The position numbers and the translations under genes are program-made. Below are positions 54,869 through 64,000 of a stretch of DNA of 64,000 bases, in pieces. A model generated the notes under the pieces. That model did not search any database, was not told the DNA's origin, and saw only the letters and a program-made list of their open reading frames with translations. The stretch is from the NCBI GenBank assembly GCA_965250285.1, contig OZ252299.1, positions 5,095,966 through 5,159,965 on the forward strand, read 5' to 3'. Each line of letters starts with the position of its first letter. The first letter of the stretch is position 1. The DNA comes from Myxococcota bacterium (GTDB taxonomy: Bacteria; Myxococcota_A; UBA9160; UBA4427).

Positions 54869-56095
54869 TTGCCCCCTCGCGGTCGACCCAAGCGTGGCGC
54901 GCCGCCGCGCCGCGCCTCTGATCAGCCGCCGACGACATGCACGCTCAAGATCGATCGATTCGCCGCCGGCGGCGACGCGGTCGCGGTCCGGGACGATGGC
55001 AAGACCGTGTTCGTTGCCGACGCCGTCCCCGGCGACGTGGTCCGCGTCACCGTCGTCGAGGAGCGAAAGCGCTTCGCGAAGGCCCGCGTCGAGGCGGTCA
55101 TCGAACCGAGCCCCGACCGCGTCGAGCCCGCGTGCCGACACTTCGGTCGCTGCGGCGGATGCACGTGGCAACACGTGCGCTACCCGAAACAGGTCGATGC
55201 GAAGGCCCGCATCCTGCGCGATGCGCTCGAGCGCATCGGCGGCTTTCGCCTCGATGCCGACCCGCCGATGACCGCGTCGCCGGAGCCGCTGCACTACCGC
55301 GGTCGCGCGCGGGTTCGGGTCGATCGCGAACGGGTCGGTTTTCTCGAACGATCGTCGCATCGGCTCTGCGCGGTCGAGATGTGCCCGGTGCTGGCGCCCG
55401 AGCTCGAACAGGCCGTGCTCGGTCTCGGCCGGGCCGACGTCGCCGACGGGGAGTGGTCGCTCACGGTCGGCGTGAACGGCGAGGTCTCTTCGCTATCCGA
55501 GGCGACGCGCGAAGATGAGGCAAAGCGACCGGCGCCGGTCGAGCTCGAGGTGCAGGGTCGCCGCGTCGCGCTCGACGCCCGCGCGTTCAGTCAGGCCAAT
55601 CGCTTGTTGCATGCGACGCTCGTCGAGCGCGTGCTCGATGTCGCGTTGGGAGACGCGGGCGACACCAGCGGGTGGCGCGTGCTCGAAGTGCATGCGGGCG
55701 TGGGCTTCTTCACGGGTGCGCTCGCGGATCGAGTCGGTCGCGTCGTCGCGGTCGAAGCCGATCCGCACGCCGCGTCGTGGCTCGCGCAGAACGTCGCCAC
55801 CCGGGTCGACGTCATCGCCAGCTCGTTCGAAGCGGCGGCGTCGCGACTCGGCGATCACGCGTTCGATGCGGTCGTCCTCGATCCGCCGCGTGCCGGGCTC
55901 GCGCCGGCCGAACTCGCGACGCTGCGCGATCTCGGCGCGCCGCGCATCGCGTATCTGTCGTGTGATCCAGCGACGCTTGCGCGCGATGCGCGTGGCCTCG
56001 CCGACGCCGGCTACCGGCTCGAGCAGGCCGAGGGCTTCGACCTGTTTCCGCAGACCCATCACGTGGAAGGGCTCGTGCGGCTCGCGCGCGCATGA
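54869..56095 (+). CDS. TRAM-domain Fe-S RNA (uracil-5-)-methyltransferase, RlmD/TrmA family
   Basis: TRAM-like N-terminus (GDAVAV...PGDVVRVTVVE), Cys cluster CRHFGRCGGCTWQH, a SAM fold, and a C-terminal YLSCDPATLARD. Confidence 0.85.
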   Translation: MPPRGRPKRGAPPRRASDQPPTTCTLKIDRFAAGGDAVAVRDDGKTVFVADAVPGDVVRVTVVEERKRFAKARVEAVIEPSPDRVEPACRHFGRCGGCTWQHVRYPKQVDAKARILRDALERIGGFRLDADPPMTASPEPLHYRGRARVRVDRERVGFLERSSHRLCAVEMCPVLAPELEQAVLGLGRADVADGEWSLTVGVNGEVSSLSEATREDEAKRPAPVELEVQGRRVALDARAFSQANRLLHATLVERVLDVALGDAGDTSGWRVLEVHAGVGFFTGALADRVGRVVAVEADPHAASWLAQNVATRVDVIASSFEAAASRLGDHAFDAVVLDPPRAGLAPAELATLRDLGAPRIAYLSCDPATLARDARGLADAGYRLEQAEGFDLFPQTHHVEGLVRLARA

Positions 56096-56123
56096 GTCGG
56101 TGCCGACCTGTGCTCGTGTGGAC

Positions 56124-56765
56124 TCAGGGCTCGATCAAGCCGTGGCGCAGCGCATAGCGGACCAGCTCGGTGGCCTTCCGCACGCCGAGCTTGCGCATCA
56201 GGCTGGTGCGATGGGCCTCGACGGTCTTCGTGCTGATCTCGAGCTCGACCGCGATCTCCTTTGCTGACAGACCATCAGCAATGAGATGAAGCACCTCTCG
56301 CTCGCGCCCCGAGAGCAGGCTGAACGGCTCGGCGTCGGCCTTCTGCGGGGTGCGCAGCTGCTCGACGATCTCTTTCGCGACGACGGGGCTGAAGTAGCTG
56401 CCACCGTTCATCACCTCTCGAACGGCCGTTACGATTTCATCGGCCCGTCCGTTCTTCAGGACGTAGCCATCGGCCCCGAGTGAGATCGCGCTCTGAATGA
56501 ACGGGGGGTCGCTGTGCACCGACAGCAAGATCGCCTTGACCGTCGGGTACTTGGAGCGAAGCCGCTCGAGGGTCTCGAGACCACCGAGCTTCGGCATGGT
56601 GATATCCAGGACGACGGTGTCGGGCTGGTGCTTCTCGACCTGCTCGAGCACCTCGCGTCCATCACTCGCCTCGCCGACGACCTGCAGGTCGGGCTCCGAC
56701 TCGAGGAGGCGCCGAAGGCCTTCCCGAACGATGCCGTGATCGTCTGCAACGAGGACTGTCACCAT
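56124..56765 (-). CDS. NarL/FixJ-type response regulator (REC + LuxR HTH)
   Basis: Contains VLVADDH, VVLDITMP (phospho-Asp) and LSGREREVLHLIADGLSAKEIAVELEISTKTVEAHR. Confidence 0.95.
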   Translation of the reverse strand: MVTVLVADDHGIVREGLRRLLESEPDLQVVGEASDGREVLEQVEKHQPDTVVLDITMPKLGGLETLERLRSKYPTVKAILLSVHSDPPFIQSAISLGADGYVLKNGRADEIVTAVREVMNGGSYFSPVVAKEIVEQLRTPQKADAEPFSLLSGREREVLHLIADGLSAKEIAVELEISTKTVEAHRTSLMRKLGVRKATELVRYALRHGLIEP

Positions 56766-57244
56766 GACTTCAGGAGGCTACCGCTCGCCCGAACTCGGGG
56801 CAATCGAGTAGGGATGCCTGGGGAAAGCCCGCCCCCTGATCTGGGGGCTCCACGTGACCGCGTGCGCACGTTCGACCCGACGCAGCCTGATGAATTCGCT
56901 CGGTCGGCGCGAGCACGCCGTCGCCCGCGGGCAACGCAGTGCGACATCGGCCGGGCCGGGGCGCCGCCCTCCCCGACGGATGACACCGGGCGTGTCGCCC
57001 GGTACGCTCGGCGATGGATCCGGGGCTTCGCCCCATCGCCCTTCGACCGTCGCCACGGAAGCGATCGTGCAGCGAACCCCGCCGTGCAGCTCCCAGGCCG
57101 AAAGCGCTCGAGCCGCCGTGACGCACCGCGCGTGCGACGCGATTCGCGCTGGATCCCACCGTGCCACCCCCCCGCGCTCACTCCGTTCGCGTCGCCCCGC
57201 GCCTCCGGGCGCGTGGTCCCTTCAACGTTCCAGGGGAGAACCCG

Positions 57245-57952
57245 ATGTCGGCTGAAATCGCGACCCGTTCGTCTCGCAGCGCACGCAGATCGAGGCGAAG
57301 CGCCCGAGGGTCGTCGACCGCGCGCACCGAGAAGGAGCGCCCAGCAGGCCGGTTCGTCCTCTACGTCGAAGGGCCCCGCGACCGCGATCTCCTGCGGATC
57401 TGGGCGCGGCGCGTCTCGCACGGGCTCGCCAAGTCGCTCGAGAGCTGCGTGGTGATCATGGGGGGGCGCCAGCCCGCCCGCGCCGCCGAGCATTTCGCCC
57501 GGGTGCATGGCGATCGCGAGGACGCCACCGGCCTGATCGTGCTCGACCGCGACCATCATGACCCCGACGGCGATGACGCACTGCTCGAGCCGCTCGAGCT
57601 CTTCACCTGGCCACGCCGCCACATCGAGAGCTACGTGCTCGTGCCGGCCGCGATCCGCCGGGCGGCGGGGTGCGCGCCGGCCGACGTCCGCGTCGACCGG
57701 GTGCTGGCCGAACACCTGTCGGGCGGCGCGGACCGGGACGCCTACGTCGACGTCGATGCGAAGCGGCTGCTGGCGGCGAAGGGCCCGATCGCGCGCGCGC
57801 TCGGGCAGCCCGTCTCGACGGCCGACATCGCCCGCTGCATGCGAATCGACGAGTTGCACGGCGACGTGATGGACGTGCTCGACCGCGTCGCGTCGGCGCT
57901 CGGGCAGCGCGGCTCCGAGCCCGAGATCGTCGTGCGTTCGCGCACCCCGTAG
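57245..57952 (+). CDS. Hypothetical protein with a DUF4435/Toprim-like (OLD/AriB-like) motif pattern and an Arg/Ser-rich N-terminal tail
   Basis: 235 aa. Contains FVLYVEGPRDRDLL, LIVLDRDHH and TWPRRHIESYVL, which match the E...DxD...E-x-Y arrangement I associate with DUF4435. Family assignment is by eye only. The gene itself is well supported by GC3 bias and a GGGGAG upstream of ATG 57245. Confidence 0.5.
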   Translation: MSAEIATRSSRSARRSRRSARGSSTARTEKERPAGRFVLYVEGPRDRDLLRIWARRVSHGLAKSLESCVVIMGGRQPARAAEHFARVHGDREDATGLIVLDRDHHDPDGDDALLEPLELFTWPRRHIESYVLVPAAIRRAAGCAPADVRVDRVLAEHLSGGADRDAYVDVDAKRLLAAKGPIARALGQPVSTADIARCMRIDELHGDVMDVLDRVASALGQRGSEPEIVVRSRTP

Positions 57953-58000
57953 TCGGGGCGGATCGCGCGTCTCGCTCGCTCGCGACACTCGGTCTCGGGT

Positions 58001-58978
58001 CTAGGGGTCGATCGCGTCGTGCACCAGGGGGCGCGGCATCTCTTCGCCGCGCTGCCGAGCTTCGCGCATCGCCCGCACCAGCTGGAATGCCCGCGGCATG
58101 AAGATCACGCCGATCAGCACATGCATCGCCATGAAGATCACGTTGGTCCACAGCGCATAGGCGTACAGCGCCGCCGGGTCGCCGTACTCGCTGAACAGAT
58201 TCGCCCACGCGATCTCGCGCGTGCCGAAGTTCGCGAACGACGGAATCATCAAGGCGACATACAGCACGGGGATGCGGGCGATCAGCGCGACCCAGTCGAT
58301 GTCGATCCCGAACACGCGTGAGGCGATGCCCTGCACGGCCACGTCGAAGATGCCGAAGAGCACGAAGTAGCCGATGTAGGGCCACCAGTCGCGCAGCTTC
58401 ACTCGGCCCACCAACGCCTCGAGGCCGATCGGCGCGAGCAGGCGCTGCAGCGCGCCGCGCTTCGATGCCCACAGAGCCAGGCCAAGTGCACCCCACGAAA
58501 CGATGACGATGAACGTGACGTCGGGGTTGCCGGCCACGCCACCCGGCAAGAGGGGCAACGCGATCGTCGCCTGCACGACCAACACCACGAAGTGCGCGAT
58601 GAACGGGATGAACACGACGGCCACGACCAGCGCCAGCGGTCGTCCCGTCAGCTGCCAGGTGCCAAAGAAGAACGCGGCATCCGAGAGCGAGTTGTTGATC
58701 GAACGAATCAGCTCGGATGCGCCCTTCACCGCCATGATCTGACCGACGGGCGCCTGGGCGAGGTACTGCCGGATCACGCGCGCCTGCAGCAGACCCCAGA
58801 CGAGAAAGAACACGAGCTTGTCGGCGACCACGATCGCGATGAAGAGCGGAAGGTTCGCCTGCTCGGTGGCCTCGGGGATCTTCTCCCACTCGATCGCGAC
58901 ACCGAACACGTAGTAGAGGGCGGCCCCCGAGATGACCCACGGCAGGAGGGTCTGTATGAGCTTCTTCATCGGGGGCAT
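58001..58978 (-). CDS. Flippase-like (UPF0104, lysyl-PG-synthase TM-region family) membrane protein
   Basis: About 8 TM helices. It opens MKKLIQTLLPWVISGAALYYVF, typical of the family. The start is at 58978 (MPPMKK) or 58969 (MKK). Confidence 0.75.
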   Translation of the reverse strand: MPPMKKLIQTLLPWVISGAALYYVFGVAIEWEKIPEATEQANLPLFIAIVVADKLVFFLVWGLLQARVIRQYLAQAPVGQIMAVKGASELIRSINNSLSDAAFFFGTWQLTGRPLALVVAVVFIPFIAHFVVLVVQATIALPLLPGGVAGNPDVTFIVIVSWGALGLALWASKRGALQRLLAPIGLEALVGRVKLRDWWPYIGYFVLFGIFDVAVQGIASRVFGIDIDWVALIARIPVLYVALMIPSFANFGTREIAWANLFSEYGDPAALYAYALWTNVIFMAMHVLIGVIFMPRAFQLVRAMREARQRGEEMPRPLVHDAIDP

Positions 58979-59103
58979 GCGGCCGCCGAAGATAACCCCG
59001 CCGCCCACTCGGGGGAACGTGCCTCGGCCGGGTTGTCTCGGACCGCCGCCATGGCTGGGCGAAGAGCGACTGCGCCGCTCCCGGCACTGCTAGGCTGCTC
59101 GCC

Positions 59104-59898
59104 ATGCGGGTGCTGGCGCTCGACTTCGATGGCGTGATCTCGGACAGCGCGGCCGAGGCGTTCCTCGTCAGTCTGAACACGATTCAGGCCCTCGAACCCG
59201 TCGAGGTCTGGCGCGAGCTTGCGGCGCGGGTGGGCTCGATGTCGCGTGTCGAGATTCTGGCCGACCCCATCTATCGGCGGTTTCTCGAGGGCATGCCGCT
59301 GGGCAACCGGGCCGAGGATTTCGGCGTCGTGCTGCGCACGATCGACGCGGGCGAGCTGCTCGAGGATCAGGCCGCCTACGACCGGGCCTGGCAGGCGGCC
59401 GGCGCCGAGTTCCGCGACGCCTTCCACGCGCGCTTCTACACCGAGCGCGCCGCTCTGCGTGCGCGGTCGCCCGAGCGCTGGCTGTCGCTGATGGGGCCGT
59501 ACCACCCATTCCTCGACGTGCTTCACGATCGGGCCGGCGACGTGACGCTCGCGATCGCCACGGCCAAGGACCGCACCTCGGTCGACCTCCTGCTCGCCGA
59601 GTACGGCGTCGCGGGGCTCTTCGAGCCCGAGCTGATCCTCGACAAGGAGGCCGGGCCCGACAAACGCGCCCACGTCGGAGCGCTCGCCGAGCGGTTGGGT
59701 CTCCCATTCGAAGCCATCACCTTCGTCGATGACAAGGTGAATCACCTCGACACGGTGAGCCGGCTCGGCGCGCGCTGCGCGCTGGCCGGCTGGGGCTACA
59801 ACGGCGAGCGCGAGCGGGCGCTGGCCGAGTCGCGCGGCTACGACGTGCTCGATCTCGAGCGGGTCGCGTCGCAGCTCTTCGAAGCGCGCTCGGCCTGA
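59104..59898 (+). CDS. HAD-superfamily hydrolase
   Basis: Motif I LALDFDGVISD, motif II IATAKD, motif III/IV ...DKRAHV...FVDDKVNHL. Confidence 0.8.
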   Translation: MRVLALDFDGVISDSAAEAFLVSLNTIQALEPVEVWRELAARVGSMSRVEILADPIYRRFLEGMPLGNRAEDFGVVLRTIDAGELLEDQAAYDRAWQAAGAEFRDAFHARFYTERAALRARSPERWLSLMGPYHPFLDVLHDRAGDVTLAIATAKDRTSVDLLLAEYGVAGLFEPELILDKEAGPDKRAHVGALAERLGLPFEAITFVDDKVNHLDTVSRLGARCALAGWGYNGERERALAESRGYDVLDLERVASQLFEARSA

Positions 59899-60137
59899 AG
59901 CGTACCCGCGGGCCGCGCCCGGGCTGCATTCAGCGAGAATCGCCCCGCCTGCGGCGGGTCGGCCCGGCGGGTCGTCCCGATTTGAGTCGCTGGGCCTTTC
60001 GGCCTACTCTCGGACCGTTCCCCCCATCACGCCCTGGGCGCGCACGATCGCCCGGCCGGACGTCCACGCGCCGATTGGCGCGCGGGCGGGTCTGCGCAGG
60101 GGCGACCGTGAGGTCTGCGGTGGATTCCGAGCTGCGG

Positions 60138-60677
60138 ATGCATGCCGAGCGCACGCCCAACCCCAACAGCATCAAGTGGGTGATGAATCGTTCGCTCGCG
60201 ACCGAGCACGGCGGCGTGCACTTCGACGCGGCCGTGGCCGACGACGTCTCGCCGCTCGCAGCCGGGCTCTTCGGCGTCGACGCGGTCGAAGGCGTATTCC
60301 TCGGCCCCGACTTCGTCACGGTCAGCAAGCAGCCCGAAGCGGAGTGGACCGATCTGGCGCCGCCGATCGTCGCCGCGCTCAAGGCCTGGGCCGCGACGGG
60401 CGCTTCGGCGCTCGGCCCCGGCTGGAAGCCCCCCGAGCGGGCCGAAGACGACGAGGTCGTCACCCGCATTCGAGAGATCCTCGACAAGGAAGTGCAGCCG
60501 TATGTCGAGCGCGACGGCGGTGAGGTCGTCTTCATCGGCTTTTCGGACGGCGAGGTGCGCGTGAGCCTGCGCGGCGCTTGTGCCGGCTGCCCGAGCTCGA
60601 CCATCACGTTGAAGCTCGCGATCGAAGGGCGCCTGAAAGAGGCGATCCCCGAGGTCGAGTCGGTGGTCTCCGTCTAG
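60138..60677 (+). CDS. NFU1-type Fe-S cluster carrier (Nfu_N + NifU C-terminal domain)
   Basis: Contains ERTPNPNSIKW (Nfu_N opening), VQPYVERDGGEV and GACAGCPSS (CxxC). The start is at ATG 60138; upstream alternatives are possible. Confidence 0.85.
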   Translation: MHAERTPNPNSIKWVMNRSLATEHGGVHFDAAVADDVSPLAAGLFGVDAVEGVFLGPDFVTVSKQPEAEWTDLAPPIVAALKAWAATGASALGPGWKPPERAEDDEVVTRIREILDKEVQPYVERDGGEVVFIGFSDGEVRVSLRGACAGCPSSTITLKLAIEGRLKEAIPEVESVVSV

Positions 60678-60871
60678 TCGCTCGTCGAGAGGTCGAGACG
60701 AGAGGTCGAGAGAAGAGGCGGGTTCGGGCCGGATCGAGGGCCATCGTTCGAGATCAGGGTCGTGCGCTGCGATGGGTGCGCCGACCGACGGGAGCAGGAG
60801 CGGGCGTGTCGTTCGGGGGGATCCAGAAGCGCCGTCGACCGGGACGGAATCGTCGTCGATCGCGACGCCGC

Positions 60872-62296
60872 ATGAGCGTGCGCGGGCGGCTGACGCTCGC
60901 CGCGCTTGCGCTCGTCGCGGCGGGGCTGCTCGGCTTCGGTGCGGCGCGGTGGATGGCGGGCCCCTTCACGGCGCCGTCGCTCGGCGAGTCCGGGCACGCG
61001 GCTCAGCCGGCGTCGGGAGCCGATTCGCTTCCGGCCGTATCGCTCGGGATGCCCGCCCGCCCCTCCCCCGAGGCGCCCCCCGCGCTGCTCGCCCGCCTGC
61101 CGGTCGATCGCGCGAGCTATGGCTCGACCCTCGTGCCCGCCGCCGACCGCGATCCCGCGACCCCGCCGCGCTTCTTCGAGCTGGTCGAGGCCGACGACGT
61201 CGCCGCCAACGTCGCGGCGCCGGTGCGTGTCGAGTACACGTTCGACGCCGCCCTCACCGAAGACGTGATTCGCGTACTGCGCCGGGCCCGCGCCCAGCGC
61301 GGTCACGTGATCGTCCTCGACCCGCGATCGGGGCGCGTGCTCGCGTACGTGTCGACCGATGCCGAGGCGTTTCCGCCGACGCGGCCGTATCCCGCGGCGA
61401 GCCTGGTGAAGGTCGTCACGGCGGCGGCTGCGCTCGACCTGTCCCCCGAGCGCGCGCGCGAGCCCTGCCTGTACCGCGGCAACCCCTACCGACTCTCGCG
61501 GTCGCGCGTGCGCCGGCCGAGCCATGGCCACTCGTCGTCGCTCGAGCGCGCCCTCGCGCTGTCGAACAACCAGTGCTTCGCGCAGCTGACGGTCGAGGCC
61601 GTCGGTGAAGATGCGCTGCTCGACGCCATCGATCGCTTCGGCTGGACGAGCGAGCCCGCCCCTGGCCATCAGCCCGGGGTCGTGCATCGTGGTGAAGGCG
61701 ACTACGACCTCGGGCGACTGGGCTGCGGTCTCGCGGGCTGCCGCATCACGCCCATGCACGCAGGGCAGCTCGCGGGGATCCTCGCCCACGGTCTCAAGGT
61801 CGAGCCGTGGTGGATCGATCGCGTCGTCGACGGGCAAGGTCGCGCCCTCACCCTGCCTCCTCCGGCTGCGCCCAAACGCGTCATGAGTGACGAGATCGCG
61901 CGAGAGCTGCGCGAAATGCTCGTGCTCACGACGACACGCGGGACCGCCAAGAGCGCGTTCCGCGATCGGCGGGGTCGCTCGAAGCTCGGCTCGGTGAGTG
62001 TCGCGGGCAAGACGGGCAACCTCTCCGGGAGTGACCCCAAGGGTCGCTACGAGTGGTTCATGGGCGTCGCGCCCGCCGAGTCGCCGACGATTGCGATCGC
62101 GGTTCTGCAAGCCCAGGGCCATCTGTGGTGGGCGAAGTCGTCGGAGATCGCTGCGGATGTGCTCGAAGACGTCTTCTGCGAGCGCGGACAGTGTGCGGCC
62201 GAGCTCGCCGATCGCTTCACCGGCGATCTGCACGGTGCGGCGACGCCGGTGTTTCTCTCTGAAGCGATGCGCGAAGAGACGACGCACACGAACTGA
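60872..62296 (+). CDS. Penicillin-binding-protein transpeptidase-domain protein
   Basis: N-terminal TM anchor, then SxxK (ASLVKV), SxN (SNN) and KTG (AGKTGN). The start is at MSVRGRL (ATG 60872). Confidence 0.8.
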   Translation: MSVRGRLTLAALALVAAGLLGFGAARWMAGPFTAPSLGESGHAAQPASGADSLPAVSLGMPARPSPEAPPALLARLPVDRASYGSTLVPAADRDPATPPRFFELVEADDVAANVAAPVRVEYTFDAALTEDVIRVLRRARAQRGHVIVLDPRSGRVLAYVSTDAEAFPPTRPYPAASLVKVVTAAAALDLSPERAREPCLYRGNPYRLSRSRVRRPSHGHSSSLERALALSNNQCFAQLTVEAVGEDALLDAIDRFGWTSEPAPGHQPGVVHRGEGDYDLGRLGCGLAGCRITPMHAGQLAGILAHGLKVEPWWIDRVVDGQGRALTLPPPAAPKRVMSDEIARELREMLVLTTTRGTAKSAFRDRRGRSKLGSVSVAGKTGNLSGSDPKGRYEWFMGVAPAESPTIAIAVLQAQGHLWWAKSSEIAADVLEDVFCERGQCAAELADRFTGDLHGAATPVFLSEAMREETTHTN

Positions 62297-62599
62297 GCGC
62301 CGCTCATCGATCGAACGCCCGATTCGTCGTTCGAGCGGTGTGCTTCGGTCCGGCGGGGTGAACCCCGGCGAAGCCCACGTGGGTCGTCGCGCGCCACGTC
62401 GCTTCGCGAAGGACGCCCCTCGTTTCGACTGGTGCGAAACACCTCACTCGGTGAATCACGGACACACGAACGTGTGGGTGTGTCGCCGCGGCTCGCCTAT
62501 GCCATCATCTCGCTTGGAGCGAACGTCTCAAGACGTGTGTTCCGAACCCGTGTCGAGCGCGCCTTCGGGCGACTCGTCTCGCGAGAGGAGGAGGGGGCC

Positions 62600-62827
62600 T
62601 TGAGCGAACGCGCAACGAGCATTGGCTTGTCCGAACCATCGACGGCTTCGATCTCGACGATCGCCGGATCGAATCGCCCCGGAGCGGCGGGCCACCGGTT
62701 CGGCCCCGACCTCAGCTGCATCGAATGCGGCAAGACCTGGGATATGCACCAGATCGAGCCGACCGTCTGTACGCCGGCGCCCGAGCACGCTGCGGGCTAC
62801 ACGACGCGACTCGACGATTCGCGCTAG
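62600..62827 (+). CDS. Possible 75-aa small protein with a CxxC knuckle
   Basis: The TTG start is preceded by GGAGGAGGGGG. About 80 percent of codons end in G or C by my count. Contains SCIECGKTWDMHQ. A 7-bp hairpin GCGACAC/GTGTCGC lies at 62853-62872 downstream. No homolog recognised. Confidence 0.35.
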   Translation: MSERATSIGLSEPSTASISTIAGSNRPGAAGHRFGPDLSCIECGKTWDMHQIEPTVCTPAPEHAAGYTTRLDDSR

Positions 62828-63031
62828 CGATTCGACCCTGACGCAACATGCGACACCGATCCGTGTCGCTCGATGAGTGACGACGGACGACGGACGTGGG
62901 TCGTGCGACGGGGAGACCGTTGCGCGTGTGCCCAGAGCGCAGGCGCACGGCACCGTCTCGCACTGCAGGCTTCCTGCGTGCGAATCGAAACGCGATGCGG
63001 TTGGACGAGTGCGTCGAAGCGGAGTGCGTGC

Positions 63032-63406
63032 CTAGCCGCTGATGATCTTGTTATCGGGCGGCATCTGGTTCGCGACCACGATGCGGTTCTGTTCCTGGCG
63101 CTGCATCTCGCGCGCCTGCTCGATCATCTGCTCGACCGCTTCGTTCACGGCCGAGGGAAACTTCTCGAGCGCAGCTTCGATGCTCGTGGCTTCGATGTTC
63201 GCCTGCACCGGGAGCGGGCCGCGCGCCGACATCAACGTCGTTTCGGCGACGAACTTGACCGGGCGATCGGGGTCATCGCTGCCGTCGACCTTGATCGGCG
63301 TGAGGCGCCGGATCGAGGCGACCTTGAGATCCGTGAAGATCTCCTCGCGGTAGAGGTTGTCCTTGTCGACCTTCAGATCTGCGAGGGCCTGCTGCGGGTC
63401 GCTCAC
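63032..63406 (-). CDS. Conserved-looking cytoplasmic hypothetical protein
   Basis: 124 aa with a balanced, non-junk composition (MSDPQQALADLKVDKDNLYREEIFTDLKV...). It has a clean ATG. I cannot name the family. Confidence 0.6.
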   Translation of the reverse strand: MSDPQQALADLKVDKDNLYREEIFTDLKVASIRRLTPIKVDGSDDPDRPVKFVAETTLMSARGPLPVQANIEATSIEAALEKFPSAVNEAVEQMIEQAREMQRQEQNRIVVANQMPPDNKIISG

Positions 63407-63546
63407 GGTGGATCTCCTGAACGGGGTGGGGGACGCGAATCGCCCATGTTCGCAGGTTCGGGTGTGTTTTCAAATCGGGCCGGATCGCCACGTGCGGGAT
63501 CTGCGTCGACGCCACGGCGCCGATCCGCGAGCCCTCGGGGGCCGAA

Positions 63547-64000
63547 TCAGTCGGTGGGGCCGTTCCGTTTGCCCACGTGCTCGAGCACCTCGCCGACCAC
63601 CGCACCGAGCCCGAGCGCCTCGCCTTCGCGCACCGACTCGAGGTCGGGCAGGCACGCGACCAGCTTGTCGAGCTCGACGCTTGCGTGGGGCGTCAGGTCT
63701 TCGAATCGCAGGGCCAGTCCGTGCTCGCCATCGTCGCGGCTCACCGTCGCCTCGACGACGAGCGGCTCGGGCGAGTCGGCCCCGTAGAGTGCGAGTCGAA
63801 AACGATCGCCGAGCGTGACGTCTGCGTGGGGCTCGACGCGCATGCCGCGGGTGGAGAGATCTCGGCCGATCAGCATGCGACGGACGTCGTCGTTGCGCGC
63901 GACCACCGGCACGGCGAAGCTGCCGCGCACGTCGCCACGCCGTTCGTCGTCGGCCTGGCCCGCGAGCTCGACCTGGGCCGCGATGCGCACCGCGGGATCG
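63547..64000 (-). CDS. PilZ-domain protein, possibly truncated by the right edge
   Basis: Contains ERRGDVR (RxxxR) ... RDLSTRGMRVE (D/NxSxxG) ... GLALRF. The frame stays open to the window end. A GTG at 63990 is a possible start. Confidence 0.6.
   Translation of the reverse strand, partial: DPAVRIAAQVELAGQADDERRGDVRGSFAVPVVARNDDVRRMLIGRDLSTRGMRVEPHADVTLGDRFRLALYGADSPEPLVVEATVSRDDGEHGLALRFEDLTPHASVELDKLVACLPDLESVREGEALGLGAVVGEVLEHVGKRNGPTD

Noticed and set aside
1-64000. Search for mobile elements, prophage, integrases, toxin-antitoxin pairs or a multi-gene defence island
   Set aside because: I found no transposase, integrase or recombinase motifs, no terminal inverted repeats flanking a gene block, and no abrupt multi-kb compositional shift. 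The only defence-flavoured gene is the lone DUF4435-like ORF reported above.

Overview
Visibly GC-rich, gene-dense bacterial chromosome segment. G+C was not computed. Nearly every real gene casts long antisense or out-of-frame shadow ORFs in the track. The gene content suggests a Myxococcota/Bdellovibrionota-like lineage, by inference only: PEP-CTERM protein, serine palmitoyltransferase, bacterial histone-fold protein and many lipoproteins. I support about 60 protein genes. These include a complete Rrf2-sufBCDSUT operon, an aminotransferase/LuxE-like/LuxC-like operon, folK and cysH. There is also a sphingolipid/Mla lipid neighbourhood, aconitase, nadE, and a tungsto/molybdopterin aldehyde:ferredoxin oxidoreductase cluster with two moeA genes. 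The rest are sensor and regulator genes and housekeeping enzymes. I found no rRNA, tRNA, CRISPR array, transposase, integrase or prophage signature, so this looks like core chromosome rather than an island. Items worth a second look: (1) four exact-period 43-bp tandem repeats that bridge the luxE-like stop and the luxC-like start and create a chain of overlapping mini-ORFs; (2) the acid-to-aldehyde-to-amine gene logic of that operon; (3) a 70-aa histone-fold protein with a Lys/Arg N-terminal tail behind a near-consensus promoter; (4) a Smr-ApaH fusion with a His-to-Gln change in the first metal motif; (5) an orphan DUF4435/Toprim (AriB-like) gene with no ATPase partner; (6) a DUF3179 gene broken by an in-frame TAA; (7) further tandem arrays that all sit on gene termini. 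All functional calls come from reading motifs by eye. No database search was possible.
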